IMG/VR virus record: IMGVR_UViG_2865147665_000001
Location: 1-64,000 of that record
Reading direction: 5' to 3' (one strand)
Origin: an uncultured virus (IMG/VR IMGVR_UViG_2865147665_000001)
Lineage: Duplodnaviria; Heunggongvirae; Uroviricota; Caudoviricetes
DNA length: 64,000 bases
Shown: positions 29,931 to 38,704 of the stretch, in pieces
Layout: each line of letters starts with the position of its first letter
How positions within the stretch are numbered: position 1 is the first letter of the stretch
The notes under the pieces: generated by a model
Told to the model about the DNA's origin: nothing
What the model saw: the letters and a program-made list of their open reading frames with translations, nothing else
Databases searched by the model: none
Translations under genes and position numbers: made by a program

Positions 29931-30281
29931 TCAGAAAGGGGCGATCTGGCTGTTGACGGTGTGGGCAGCTTGCCCGACGAGTTCGAGGGCCTCCTTCTTC
30001 CGGCCTGCACGGAGGTGGCCGAGGGCTTGTGCGAGGAGGTGCGAGAGGCTGCGCATCGTGTCGATGTGGTCGTGGTATTCCTCGGAGCTTCGCTTCTGGA
30101 CCCGGTCTCGCTCTTCCTCCAGGTCGTAGTGCTCCTTGACTCGCACGAGGTCCACGTCGCGCATGGAGTCGAGCTGTGACTCGGCGGTCAGCGCGATGCC
30201 GTTGATCGTTTCTAGGAGGCGGGCGTAGTCGCGCCGCGCCTGGAAGTACTTCGCTTTCCAGCCGTAGGGGTCGTTGGTCAT
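29931..30281 (-). CDS. Hypothetical coiled-coil protein
   Basis: AAAGGAG RBS; coupled. Confidence 0.6.
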   Translation of the reverse strand: MTNDPYGWKAKYFQARRDYARLLETINGIALTAESQLDSMRDVDLVRVKEHYDLEEERDRVQKRSSEEYHDHIDTMRSLSHLLAQALGHLRAGRKKEALELVGQAAHTVNSQIAPF

Positions 30282-31291
30282 GACCAGTAGCTCCTTTTGA
30301 ATGTGAATGAGGGTGCGGCGGTGGCCGCTTGGTAGAGGTCCGGGTACTCAGCCTTGAGACGTTTCGTGTCGAGGGTGGGTTTCTCGACGGTGCACGCGGC
30401 GACGGCCGCTTTCGCCTCGTCCGTGTGCGGTAGGCGGGTCTTCGCGAACCGTCCGGCCGACCGGGTCGCAACCACCGACCCCTCGAACACCGCTTTCCCC
30501 GCGTCCCCCATGGCGTGCATGATCCGGTTCTCTATACGCTGGCGGAACGCGGTGGCCCTCTGCTCGTGGCGGACAGCCTGCATCCACTTCCGCATCGTCT
30601 CCTCAGACACCTCCATCCGACTCTTCGCGTTCGGGCTGGGATGCATGGTGGCGAGGATGTCCTTGGCGTGCTCGGAGCCGCCCATGTCCGGCGGCGTACC
30701 GTCCTGCAGGAGGTCCCAGAAGTGTGTGGCGTCCTCGACGATCGCTTCGTACAGGTCCGGGTCCCATTCGATCTGCTCGATGCGTGCCTCACCCCAGGTG
30801 GGCATGAGGATGATCCACGCGTCACGCCACCCGGTGACACCCATCTGGAACATGACCTGGGCTTTCCACTTGTCGTGGACTCCGTCGTCTTTGCGGGGCG
30901 CTTTGACCTCCACGATGCCGCGGCGTGAACCGCGTCCGACGCGGATGTCGAGGGTGACCTGGTTCGGGAATGGGAGGTCAGGGTCGGTGTAGGCGACTTC
31001 GCCTTCGGTGGCCCACCATTCGGGGTGTTGTCGCTTCCATTTCGCCCTGCCGGAGGGTTCCATGTCGTGTCCGTTGTCGAACATGGCCTGCGTGTCGTCG
31101 TCGAGGGCGGGTGGTTCCCATAGCCCTGCCATCTCGTGCCACAGGGTGAACGCATCTTCGTAGCCGAGTCCCAGGTACTCCCCTGATTCCCGGTCTCGAA
31201 TCATCGCCGGCACTTTCGAGGCGGTGATCATCCTCCGGTGTTCCGCGGATCCGGGGGCAGCCATCTCATGCTTGGCGAGCTGTCTACTCAT
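30278..31291 (-). CDS. YqaJ/RecE-like exonuclease
   Basis: ITASKV, GHDME, TLD, VEVK, QVMFQM motifs. Confidence 0.85.
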   Translation of the reverse strand: MSRQLAKHEMAAPGSAEHRRMITASKVPAMIRDRESGEYLGLGYEDAFTLWHEMAGLWEPPALDDDTQAMFDNGHDMEPSGRAKWKRQHPEWWATEGEVAYTDPDLPFPNQVTLDIRVGRGSRRGIVEVKAPRKDDGVHDKWKAQVMFQMGVTGWRDAWIILMPTWGEARIEQIEWDPDLYEAIVEDATHFWDLLQDGTPPDMGGSEHAKDILATMHPSPNAKSRMEVSEETMRKWMQAVRHEQRATAFRQRIENRIMHAMGDAGKAVFEGSVVATRSAGRFAKTRLPHTDEAKAAVAACTVEKPTLDTKRLKAEYPDLYQAATAAPSFTFKRSYWS

Positions 31292-31488
31292 TCTGTCTCC
31301 TTGATGAGGGTGATGCCGGTTTCGGTGGGTGCCCATCCGGGTCGGCGGGGTGCGCCGGTCCAGCGGATGAACCCGGCGGCTTGCAGGAGGCCGGCGGTGG
31401 GGTCGATGCGGGTGTGCGCGTCTGATTCGGGGTCGATGTGGTGGCGGACCAGGACCGCAAGATCCCGGCGCGACGTCGGGAGGTTCAT
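31288..31488 (-). CDS. Small hypothetical protein
   Basis: Coupled overlaps; WAPTETG wHTH-like end. Confidence 0.5.
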   Translation of the reverse strand: MNLPTSRRDLAVLVRHHIDPESDAHTRIDPTAGLLQAAGFIRWTGAPRRPGWAPTETGITLIKETE

Positions 31489-31748
31489 CGGGTTTCCTGT
31501 CGGATGAATGCGGTGAGGCTGACAGTGGTGATGGCGGCGGTGATTGTGGCTCCGGCCGGGCCTGCCAGGTGTCCTCCGATCACGCCGGCGACGGCGACCA
31601 GGGCGATTGCGGCGAAGACGGCGAGGATGAGGCCGACCGCGTCGAACGCGGTGCCCGGCGCGGGCTCACCGTGGGTGGGGCCGAGGCAGTCCACCGGTGT
31701 CGGCGGACGACGATGACGACCAGCAGGGTGGTCGACCATGGACTTCAT
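31485..31748 (-). CDS. Small membrane protein
   Basis: Two hydrophobic segments; start uncertain. Confidence 0.5.
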   Translation of the reverse strand: MKSMVDHPAGRHRRPPTPVDCLGPTHGEPAPGTAFDAVGLILAVFAAIALVAVAGVIGGHLAGPAGATITAAITTVSLTAFIRQETR

Positions 31749-31765
31749 GAGCTGTTCTTCCGGGG

Positions 31766-31978
31766 TCACGCCGCTGTCTCCGTTTCTCCTCGGACCCACC
31801 GGTCGACGGCGGCGCGGGACCAGGTCCAGGTCTCGCGGATGTGCAGGGGGCGGAGGGACAGGGCCCCGGGGTCGCCGGTCTTGGCACCTTTTCGCAGTGT
31901 GGTTTCGCTGATGCCGGTGAGAGCTGCTGTTTCGGCGGTGGTGTAGTAGGTGCGGTCGGGCGGTATGGTCTTGGTCAT
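31766..31978 (-). CDS. Excisionase-like HTH protein
   Basis: YYTTAETAALTGISETTLR...WSRAAVDRW; GAAAGGAAAGG RBS. Confidence 0.75.
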   Translation of the reverse strand: MTKTIPPDRTYYTTAETAALTGISETTLRKGAKTGDPGALSLRPLHIRETWTWSRAAVDRWVRGETETAA

Positions 31979-32066
31979 GGCCTTTCCTTTCGTGGTGGGT
32001 CAGTGACGCCGCCCCGTGGCTTGCAGGCATCGGGGGCGGCGTTGCCTATGTGGTTTGATTCGTTGC

Positions 32067-32531
32067 GTGGATACTTCTGATGTGATCTCGTTGGTCGGTG
32101 TCGTGGTCGCCGTCGTCGCTGCAGGCGTTGCGGCGTGGCAAGCCTGGGAGGCGAGAAAGGCGCGCACGGAATCACACGACTCTGCGGCAGCCGCAGAAGA
32201 GTCAGCGCGGATCGCGGCGGCAGCGCAAACGAAGCTCGCAGAGATCGAAGAGGGGCGAGCGGCGCAACAGCGTCGGCTAGTCGATGTTGACTGGTTGCGA
32301 GGAAGCGCCTACATCATCACTAACCGAACCGGGGAAACAGTGACGTCGGTGACCGTTGAAGGCTCTGGCGACCATCCTGCTTCGGTACTCCGGGGTGGGT
32401 CTTGGGACAAGATCCGGGACCAGGACAGTGAGAGGTTCATGGGTAGGGCCGGTCAAGTCACGATCAGTTGGACTGACGCCAAGGGGGACAAACAGAATCG
32501 TGTCCAACAAATCAGAGCTGGCAACCAGTAG
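32067..32531 (+). CDS. Counter-oriented single-TM coiled-coil protein
   Basis: ISLVGVVVAVVAAGVAAWQAW TM, helical stalk, beta domain. Confidence 0.7.
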   Translation: MDTSDVISLVGVVVAVVAAGVAAWQAWEARKARTESHDSAAAAEESARIAAAAQTKLAEIEEGRAAQQRRLVDVDWLRGSAYIITNRTGETVTSVTVEGSGDHPASVLRGGSWDKIRDQDSERFMGRAGQVTISWTDAKGDKQNRVQQIRAGNQ

Positions 32532-32621
32532 TCAGTGGTGATTGCACCACCAGGCAAACACTGCGCATCCGACACAGAACAGTGCAGCGATGATGGTGAT
32601 GATCAGGACAATGGTCTGCAC
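32532..32621 (-). CDS. 29-aa hydrophobic peptide MQTIVLIITIIAALFCVGCAVFAWWCNHH
   Basis: GAAAGGAG RBS 6 nt before GTG; below the ORF-track cutoff. Confidence 0.65.
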   Translation of the reverse strand: MQTIVLIITIIAALFCVGCAVFAWWCNHH

Positions 32622-32768
32622 TGATATCTCCTTTCGGTTGATTGCGAGTTGGTGTGGAGGCGGCAGCGGCAGTCTCTCCGTGTTCGAAGCGGGTCATGGA
32701 CTGTGCTTGCGACGGCACCATGAGCGTTGCTCAGTCGTCCCGCCCCCGAGGGGTCATCTGGACCCCGG

Positions 32769-32842
32769 TACTCATGGCGGGAGTCGAACCCGCATCCACC
32801 GTCTTTTGAGGACGGCGGCTCTGCCAGTTGGCCTACATGAGC
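32769..32842 (-). tRNA. tRNA-Leu (CAA), short variable loop, 3' CCA not fully encoded
   Basis: Cloverleaf GCTCATG/CATGAGT, D arm GGC-CAACTGGCAGA-GCC, CCGTC-CTCAAAA-GACGG, GCGGG-TTCGACT-CCCGC. Confidence 0.92.
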
Positions 32843-33105
32843 AAGGGTCTGGATACCCCGGTCAGTCGTTCCCTCCACGCCGCTGCTAAGCACGACACGT
32901 GGGTGTGGGTGGGTCATGGCGCGTCTACACACCAGCGCTCGCCACCCGTATCTCCCCGACCGGGTTCCAGGATTCAGTTCTCAAACATCGAGGTCAGCCG
33001 GCATTCCGGTGACCGTGCGCACCCGCTCCCCCACGACAGGGATGGCAGACTCATCTGCGGCGGTGCGGCCCCTCCGCTCTTCCCCAGCAGAGGGACAAAA
33101 GGGGG

Positions 33106-33603
33106 TTAGACGGTGGCCATGTCCCGGGCGAGGGGCACACCACGCTTGCGGAGGAGGCGGAGGTGGTACTGCACGGACTGGTAGGTTCTGCCGAGCGCGA
33201 GGGCGTCGTCCACGACACGGTCTGTGCTGGTGGCGAGGTACCGGTCCTCCGCCTCGGACCACCGGCCGGACCTGGTCGCGTACTTCCGGGTGATCTCCTG
33301 CCGCCGGTCACGGTGGAGGTCCCCGAGCAAGGCTTTTCTCTCGCGGTCGTAGGCGCGTTTTTCTTCCCGGTGAGCCTCGTCGTAGGCGCGGTCGTAGGCG
33401 TTCCGTTCTTCCCTGTGAGCCTCGTAGTAGGCGCGCTTCTTGGCGAGCCGTTCTTCCCGGTGCGCCTCCCAGTAGGCGCGGCCGTAGGCGCGTGTGCATT
33501 CCTTGCACCACGGGTACAGCCCGTCACGCTTGGACCTGCTCCGGTGGAACCCGGTCGCGCTCTTCGTCTCCCCGCACTTCGTGCAACGCTTCGTGTCGGT
33601 CAT
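33106..33603 (-). CDS. Zn-finger protein with RAYxEAHREE repeats
   Basis: CTKC...CKEC, three repeats, WSEAED HTH-like end. Confidence 0.7.
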   Translation of the reverse strand: MTDTKRCTKCGETKSATGFHRSRSKRDGLYPWCKECTRAYGRAYWEAHREERLAKKRAYYEAHREERNAYDRAYDEAHREEKRAYDRERKALLGDLHRDRRQEITRKYATRSGRWSEAEDRYLATSTDRVVDDALALGRTYQSVQYHLRLLRKRGVPLARDMATV

Positions 33604-34109
33604 GCTGCCCACGTCCTCGACGACAAGACCTGGACCACACACGCCCGCACGTACTCCGACAGGGACGCATCCGACTCCGCAGCAGCAGCGCGCAAAGCCT
33701 CGTACTCCCCTGCCTGCAAGGTCGTGGCGACGGTACGGGGTGCCCCGGCGGCGGGCCTGGTCTTCGGCTTCGACCGGGTGACGAACGCCGCATCGTGGGC
33801 GTCCATGCCCCGATTCCAGGCGAGTTGCAGGGCGGTGACCTCCCGCACCCCGGCGCCGGCGACAGCACGGGCAGCGTCAGCCGGGGTCGCGTCATCCTCG
33901 AACATTGCGAAGATCACGACCGCGCGGAGCTCCTTGCTGAGCTTCACGTCGGACAGGCGATCCTCCCAGCACGCCGCGAACGACTCGTACCCGAGTGGCT
34001 CCCACGCCCTGGTGGCGATGATCTGACGAATACTGTCCTCCACGGCCAGCAGGTTCTCCCGCAGGCCATCCCACAGGGCCTGTGCCTGTGACTCAGTCAG
34101 CGCGCTCAT
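33600..34109 (-). CDS. Hypothetical protein with C-terminal RHH-like segment
   Basis: GGAGG RBS; AWEPLGYESF; SLSEYVR. Confidence 0.65.
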   Translation of the reverse strand: MSALTESQAQALWDGLRENLLAVEDSIRQIIATRAWEPLGYESFAACWEDRLSDVKLSKELRAVVIFAMFEDDATPADAARAVAGAGVREVTALQLAWNRGMDAHDAAFVTRSKPKTRPAAGAPRTVATTLQAGEYEALRAAAAESDASLSEYVRACVVQVLSSRTWAA

Positions 34110-34903
34110 GCCAGCACCTCCCCGAAGTAGGTGGACCAGACCTCATCCATCAGTGGACGATCTGCCTCGGTGTAACCGTTGACGTGCCTCACCTGCCCGT
34201 TCGACAAGTTCAGCGGGTACTTCTCCGGCTCCCTACCGTGACGGTCGATGTACGCCTTCTTGAGCCTCTTGCCGAACACCCCGGCCTTCGCCTTACGCTG
34301 CCTGTCCGACAGGCCCTTCTCCGCGAGGTAGTCCTGCGCGTACAGCGGGCGGGTCGCAGGCTCCAACTCCGGGGTCTCACCGAGTCCACGGGCCAGGACG
34401 ATGCGCGCTTTCGCCTCCAGGTGATCTTCGTGGATCAGTCCGCGTGCGGCCTGGCACAGCTCCATCTGCATCTGTGCCTGACGCAGCAGGGCGTTGATCT
34501 GGTGCTCATCGGCACGCGGGTTGATCGCACCACCGGAGTGGAAGTACTTGTCGAGAGCATCGGCAGCCTCAGCCTGGTACGCCTCCAGTGCTTCACGGTG
34601 CTCCGGGGCGACACGGCCGGCATCAATCGTGGCGAGCCACATCGTCAGAGTGCGGCGATCCACAAGGTGCATCTCGCGCTCCTTGCCGTCATCGGCAACC
34701 AGGGTCATCATGACCTCGGTTGCCCACGACTTCGCGTGAAGCTTCCGACGCTGACTCTTCGGATCAATCCCGAGAGACTTGCAGATGTGGGTGACGCTCG
34801 CCCACTCCTTGCCGTCCTGCTGGACAGCCATGATCGGGGCGGCACCGGGTACCGAGACTGGGACAAGGTTGGTAGGATTCTTGGCGTTGGCTCCGGGATG
34901 CAT
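34106..34903 (-). CDS. Antirepressor (P22 Ant N-terminal-like)
   Basis: ICKSLGID...QRRKL, MWLATI, YQAEAADALDKYF. Confidence 0.85.
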   Translation of the reverse strand: MHPGANAKNPTNLVPVSVPGAAPIMAVQQDGKEWASVTHICKSLGIDPKSQRRKLHAKSWATEVMMTLVADDGKEREMHLVDRRTLTMWLATIDAGRVAPEHREALEAYQAEAADALDKYFHSGGAINPRADEHQINALLRQAQMQMELCQAARGLIHEDHLEAKARIVLARGLGETPELEPATRPLYAQDYLAEKGLSDRQRKAKAGVFGKRLKKAYIDRHGREPEKYPLNLSNGQVRHVNGYTEADRPLMDEVWSTYFGEVLA

Positions 34904-34934
34904 CCGGGGCCTCCTTTCATGTGTTGGGTGGGGG

Positions 34935-35162
34935 TCAGGCGGCGGCGGGCTGTTCGGCGGCCGACATGGAGACGAGGAGCCGCTCAGGTCGGGCGCCGAT
35001 CTTCACCAGCGCCTCCATCACGTCCCAGGACGCCCGACGAGTGCTCGCCGTCTTTGCCCACGTCTTCCGCGTGATGTGGGTCAGGTCCTCCATGGCCGTC
35101 CATGAATCGATGCGGTTCATCCGCTTAACCCGGTCGATCTCGTCAAGAGAGAGTAGAAGCAT
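34935..35162 (-). CDS. Cro-like regulator
   Basis: First gene of the leftward operon, divergent from the repressor; HITRKTW HTH. Confidence 0.65.
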   Translation of the reverse strand: MLLLSLDEIDRVKRMNRIDSWTAMEDLTHITRKTWAKTASTRRASWDVMEALVKIGARPERLLVSMSAAEQPAAA

Positions 35163-35200
35163 TCCCTTTTTCACCTCCGTTTGCTGGGCTGCTGTCCCGA

Positions 35201-35228
35201 ACACTACTCACTTTCCGGGAAGTTGCAA
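35201..35228 (-). promoter_or_regulatory. Candidate early lytic promoter TTGCAA-N16-TAGTGT
   Basis: Match to actinobacterial SigA consensus upstream of the cro-like gene. Confidence 0.5.
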
Positions 35229-35320
35229 CCCTGTGGTTACACATCGAGGGACCCCTCTTCCCAAAAGTGCACGTAGCTCCCCACTTGCTGAGTAGATAGT
35301 TACCCGCTAAGGTGTTCCGC

Positions 35321-35791
35321 ATGGACACCAAGAAGTGGTTCGCAGAGACCTCCCACCGACGCATCACCGACGACGTGATCGCCGAGCTCCTCAACGTCAC
35401 CCGCAAGACCGCCAACAAGCGCGTCAACGATGGACTGTCGATGGACGACCTGGTGACCATCTCGAGAGGCCTGGACATCAACCCCGTCCAGGCACTCGTA
35501 GAGCTCGGGCACCTCGAGTACGACGAGGTCGAGCAGTTCCTCGACTCGGACGGTCAACTGGTGGCAACAGCAACCCCCGGCCAGCTCTCCCTCGAACTCG
35601 CGCGACAGCTCAACCCCGCGACATTCGCCCCAGAGCTCGACATGCTCGCTGAGCGCCGGGCGAAGAAATCGCACGACCGGGTGCCCCCACGTCCGGACGG
35701 TGAGGACAATGGTCTTCCCCTCGGCTCTGTCGCCTACAGCGGCGAAGACGAGGACGCCCGAAAGGACCAGGAGGAACGTGACTTCGACTAA
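35321..35791 (+). CDS. Immunity repressor (HTH)
   Basis: IAELLNVTRKTANKR HTH; divergent orientation; followed by ImmA. Confidence 0.75.
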   Translation: MDTKKWFAETSHRRITDDVIAELLNVTRKTANKRVNDGLSMDDLVTISRGLDINPVQALVELGHLEYDEVEQFLDSDGQLVATATPGQLSLELARQLNPATFAPELDMLAERRAKKSHDRVPPRPDGEDNGLPLGSVAYSGEDEDARKDQEERDFD

Positions 35792-36179
35792 CGCCACCGG
35801 GTTCACCACACTCGCGGTGATCGCCGACTTCCTCGGCGTCACCCTCACCCACCACGACGACGGCCCACCCGGCTACTACACCCATCACAGGCGCACCATC
35901 AGCACACGTCGTAATCTGAGCGTCGGCATGTACCGCTCAGTCCTCGCACATGAGCTAGGGCACGCCGCCTACCAGGACACCACCACAACCCCCGGAATCT
36001 TCACCCTGAAACAGGAACGCCGCGCTGACCGATTCGCATTAAGGCTCCTCTTCACCGATGAAGAGTTCGCCGAAGCTTACACGTGGTGCGGGCCCTGTAT
36101 CCCAGCACTCGCAGACGAGCTCGAATGCTCACAGCACCACATTCGTCTGTACATGACACTCAAGAAGGACACCCCATGA
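35778..36179 (+). CDS. ImmA/IrrE metallopeptidase
   Basis: LAHELGH, QERRADRFA, LADEL. Confidence 0.9.
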   Translation: MTSTNATGFTTLAVIADFLGVTLTHHDDGPPGYYTHHRRTISTRRNLSVGMYRSVLAHELGHAAYQDTTTTPGIFTLKQERRADRFALRLLFTDEEFAEAYTWCGPCIPALADELECSQHHIRLYMTLKKDTP

Positions 36180-36751
36180 CCGACCAGAACCCCTACGGCC
36201 AGCAGCCCCAGCAGCCCGGACAGCCGTACCCCGCACAGTCGTACCAGCAGCCCGAACCCCCCAAGAAGAAGCCCTTCTACAAGCGCGTGTGGTTCATCAT
36301 CCTGGCGATCATCGTCGTCATCATCATCATCGCCGGAGTAGCCGGCGGCGGTGACGACAAGAAAGACACCGCCTCGGCGAACAGCACAGCCGCCGCCGCA
36401 CCGGAGGCGCAGCCCGGCACCGAGTCCGGAGACCAGTCGGGAGCACAGCCCGGCACCGAGTCCGACGGCAACGTGATGCAGCTCGTCCTCGAATCCGACG
36501 GTGCCCCGATCAACGCTAGCTGGCTGCAGAACGGGAACACCGCCCAGGAGCAGGGTGTGGCATCCGGGTGGACCAAGGACATTCCCGCCGACACGAAGTG
36601 GGATGCCCTCATGAACAACGTGACCGGGCAGCTCGACGGGGCGGGCACCCTGACCTGCCGCATCCTGTGGAACGGTGAGGTCATCACCGAATCCACCTCC
36701 ACGGGCGACTACGCGGTCGTGACCTGCACGCCCGACATGGACAAGATGTGA
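36176..36751 (+). CDS. Single-TM surface protein with MmpS-like domain
   Basis: KKKPFYKRVWF + TM; TCRILWNGEV...AVVTC. Confidence 0.75.
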   Translation: MTDQNPYGQQPQQPGQPYPAQSYQQPEPPKKKPFYKRVWFIILAIIVVIIIIAGVAGGGDDKKDTASANSTAAAAPEAQPGTESGDQSGAQPGTESDGNVMQLVLESDGAPINASWLQNGNTAQEQGVASGWTKDIPADTKWDALMNNVTGQLDGAGTLTCRILWNGEVITESTSTGDYAVVTCTPDMDKM

Positions 36752-36975
36752 GGAAACCCCCGGCCGCAGCACCAGCGACCGGGGGCGGACTACCCACAGA
36801 CAGCGCGGTCCCGACCCCGCGCATCGCCGGGTGAAAGGACAAAGCCCCGGCGACACGTCACACGCTACGAGCACCGGTGCCACCCGCACCGCTCAGCGAC
36901 AGTGAAAACCCCCACCACCGGGCAGGGTGATGAGGGCCAGAATGTCCGAACGCATCAGACGAAAGAGAGCATACC

Positions 36976-38211
36976 GTGAGCATCCAGCGACGGCCGAAGA
37001 AGGGCGACCCACTCCCCGACGGGTGGAAGAAACCGAAGTGGGTGGTCCGCTACCGGGACCCCTCCGGCAAGGAGCACTCCAAGACCTTCACGACCGAGAA
37101 AGCCGCGAAGGACTTCGACAAGGACCAGGGCGTGAAACTTGCCCGCGGCACCTGGATCGACCCCGCCGACGAGAAAACAACCCTCGCGCAGCTGGTCGAC
37201 GAGTGGGTAGCGCAGGCACGCAACGACGGCACCCGCGGTGTCCGCGAGGGATTCAGGGCGAACCTGGGCGACTTGGCGGACATGCCCGTCGGCCAGATCC
37301 GGTCGAGCCACATCAAGAAGTGGGCGACCGACCTGTACCGCGGACGCCCGTGGAAGGGAGGCCGCCCCCTGGCTGATACGACCACGGGACAGCACATTTC
37401 CCGGATGAAGGGGATATTCGACCGTGCGGTGGAGGATGGTCTGATCTCGAGGTCCCCGGTGCCGTCGACGCTGAAGTCGTCGATCCTGCAGGACCGTGAG
37501 GTCCAGGAGCGTGAGGTGCCGACCTTCGATCAGGTCAAAGCCATGTGCCGGGCAGCGGAGGCAGGCGGGGAGTTCGCGAACGGGCGCGTGAAGAAGGTTG
37601 CCGGCCGGTCGAAGCTCCGTCCTGCTCCGTGGCTGGCGATGGCGATACGACTTGGTGTGGACACTGGTCTGCGTGTCGGGGAGCTGTCGGGCCTGCAGTG
37701 GCGTGATGTGGATCTGGAGGGGCGCAGGATCCACGTCGAGCGGCAGTGCATCAAGAAGCTGCAGGTCTACAGCGGGCTGAAGACGAAGCGGTCTCGGAGG
37801 GTCGTGCCACTGTCGCGGGCGATGGCACGAGAGCTCGAGCAGTGGCGTGTGGGCCGTGGCCCTGAGGATCCGGTGGTGCCGGGGATTGGTGGGCGTGGGA
37901 CGTCTTCGATCCAGCTGTCTCAGGTGATGCGTGTGCTGGGGGCGGTTGTGGGCCTGGATGACAGGTTGTGGCGGTTCCATGGGCTGAGGCATCTGTACGC
38001 CTCGTCGATGCTGCAGTCCGGTGAACCGATCACGACGGTGGCGGCGTTGATTGGTGACAGTGTGCCGACGACGTCGCGGGTGTATGCGCATTGGCTTCGT
38101 GGGGCTCAGGATGCGGCGAGGGCGTCGGTGGAATCTCTTGCGGGATCGGTGCGGGATGGGTCGCCTGTGCTGAGGGTGGTTGATGGGGGTCGTGGCAGGT
38201 CAGTCGGCTAG
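36976..38211 (+). CDS. int: Tyrosine integrase
   Basis: TGLRVGEL, LKT, FHGLRH, SRVYAH. Confidence 0.95.
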   Translation: MSIQRRPKKGDPLPDGWKKPKWVVRYRDPSGKEHSKTFTTEKAAKDFDKDQGVKLARGTWIDPADEKTTLAQLVDEWVAQARNDGTRGVREGFRANLGDLADMPVGQIRSSHIKKWATDLYRGRPWKGGRPLADTTTGQHISRMKGIFDRAVEDGLISRSPVPSTLKSSILQDREVQEREVPTFDQVKAMCRAAEAGGEFANGRVKKVAGRSKLRPAPWLAMAIRLGVDTGLRVGELSGLQWRDVDLEGRRIHVERQCIKKLQVYSGLKTKRSRRVVPLSRAMARELEQWRVGRGPEDPVVPGIGGRGTSSIQLSQVMRVLGAVVGLDDRLWRFHGLRHLYASSMLQSGEPITTVAALIGDSVPTTSRVYAHWLRGAQDAARASVESLAGSVRDGSPVLRVVDGGRGRSVG

Positions 38212-38246
38212 TCGTGGTGTTTCTTGGCGAAGTTGTACTGGATCAT
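38208..38246 (-). pseudogene. 5' stub of the second WXG100 gene (MIQYNFA...) cut by the prophage; candidate att junction
   Basis: GGGGAG RBS 7 nt upstream, EsxT-like N-terminus, stop after 12 codons overlapping the integrase stop. Confidence 0.7.
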
Positions 38247-38295
38247 TGATTGACTCCCCGTGTCTGCTGCTGTTGTTGACGACTTCCGGACGATC

Positions 38296-38580
38296 TCACC
38301 GGAATGCGGCGGTGTTGTCGTCCTCGACCTGCTGGAATGCCCGCGCGTTGGAGCGGATGTTCTCGGAAATGCTCACCAACGCGCTCCTCAGTTCCCGGGC
38401 AGAGTCATTCCACCTCACCATGAGGTTCGCGAACGCCGCCTGTGCCTCTCCTTTCCATACTCCCCGGAGAGAGTCGACCACCCCCTGAAGCCGGTTCAGC
38501 TCTGCGTGCACCTGCTCATTGACGTTGTCCACCTTGCCTGCAGTGGAGTGCATTACGTCAGTTGTTGTCCTGAAGCTCAC
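38296..38580 (-). CDS. WXG100 family T7SS substrate (EsxU-like)
   Basis: 94 aa, central WKG motif, FQQVE C-terminal signal-like motif. Confidence 0.93.
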   Translation of the reverse strand: MSFRTTTDVMHSTAGKVDNVNEQVHAELNRLQGVVDSLRGVWKGEAQAAFANLMVRWNDSARELRSALVSISENIRSNARAFQQVEDDNTAAFR

Positions 38581-38704
38581 GGATTCCCCCTGGATAGTTG
38601 TTCCGGATCTGCCGGGGAGGTCACAGTTTCACGACGTCCCTGCCCCGCAGCGGCCCCTGGTCGGGACCGTCCCTGCAGTTAGACTCCGCCGGTGCCCGCC
38701 AGGT

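Larger units (their letters stand above)
1..38230. mobile_element. Temperate siphovirus prophage; left end lies outside the window
   Basis: Canonical module order lysis-tail-head-terminase-replication-immunity-integrase; host T7SS genes resume just after the integrase stop. Confidence 0.95.

Noticed and set aside
35321..35791. attP inside the repressor (integration-dependent immunity)
   Set aside because: Repressor is internal and intact; the junction maps after the integrase
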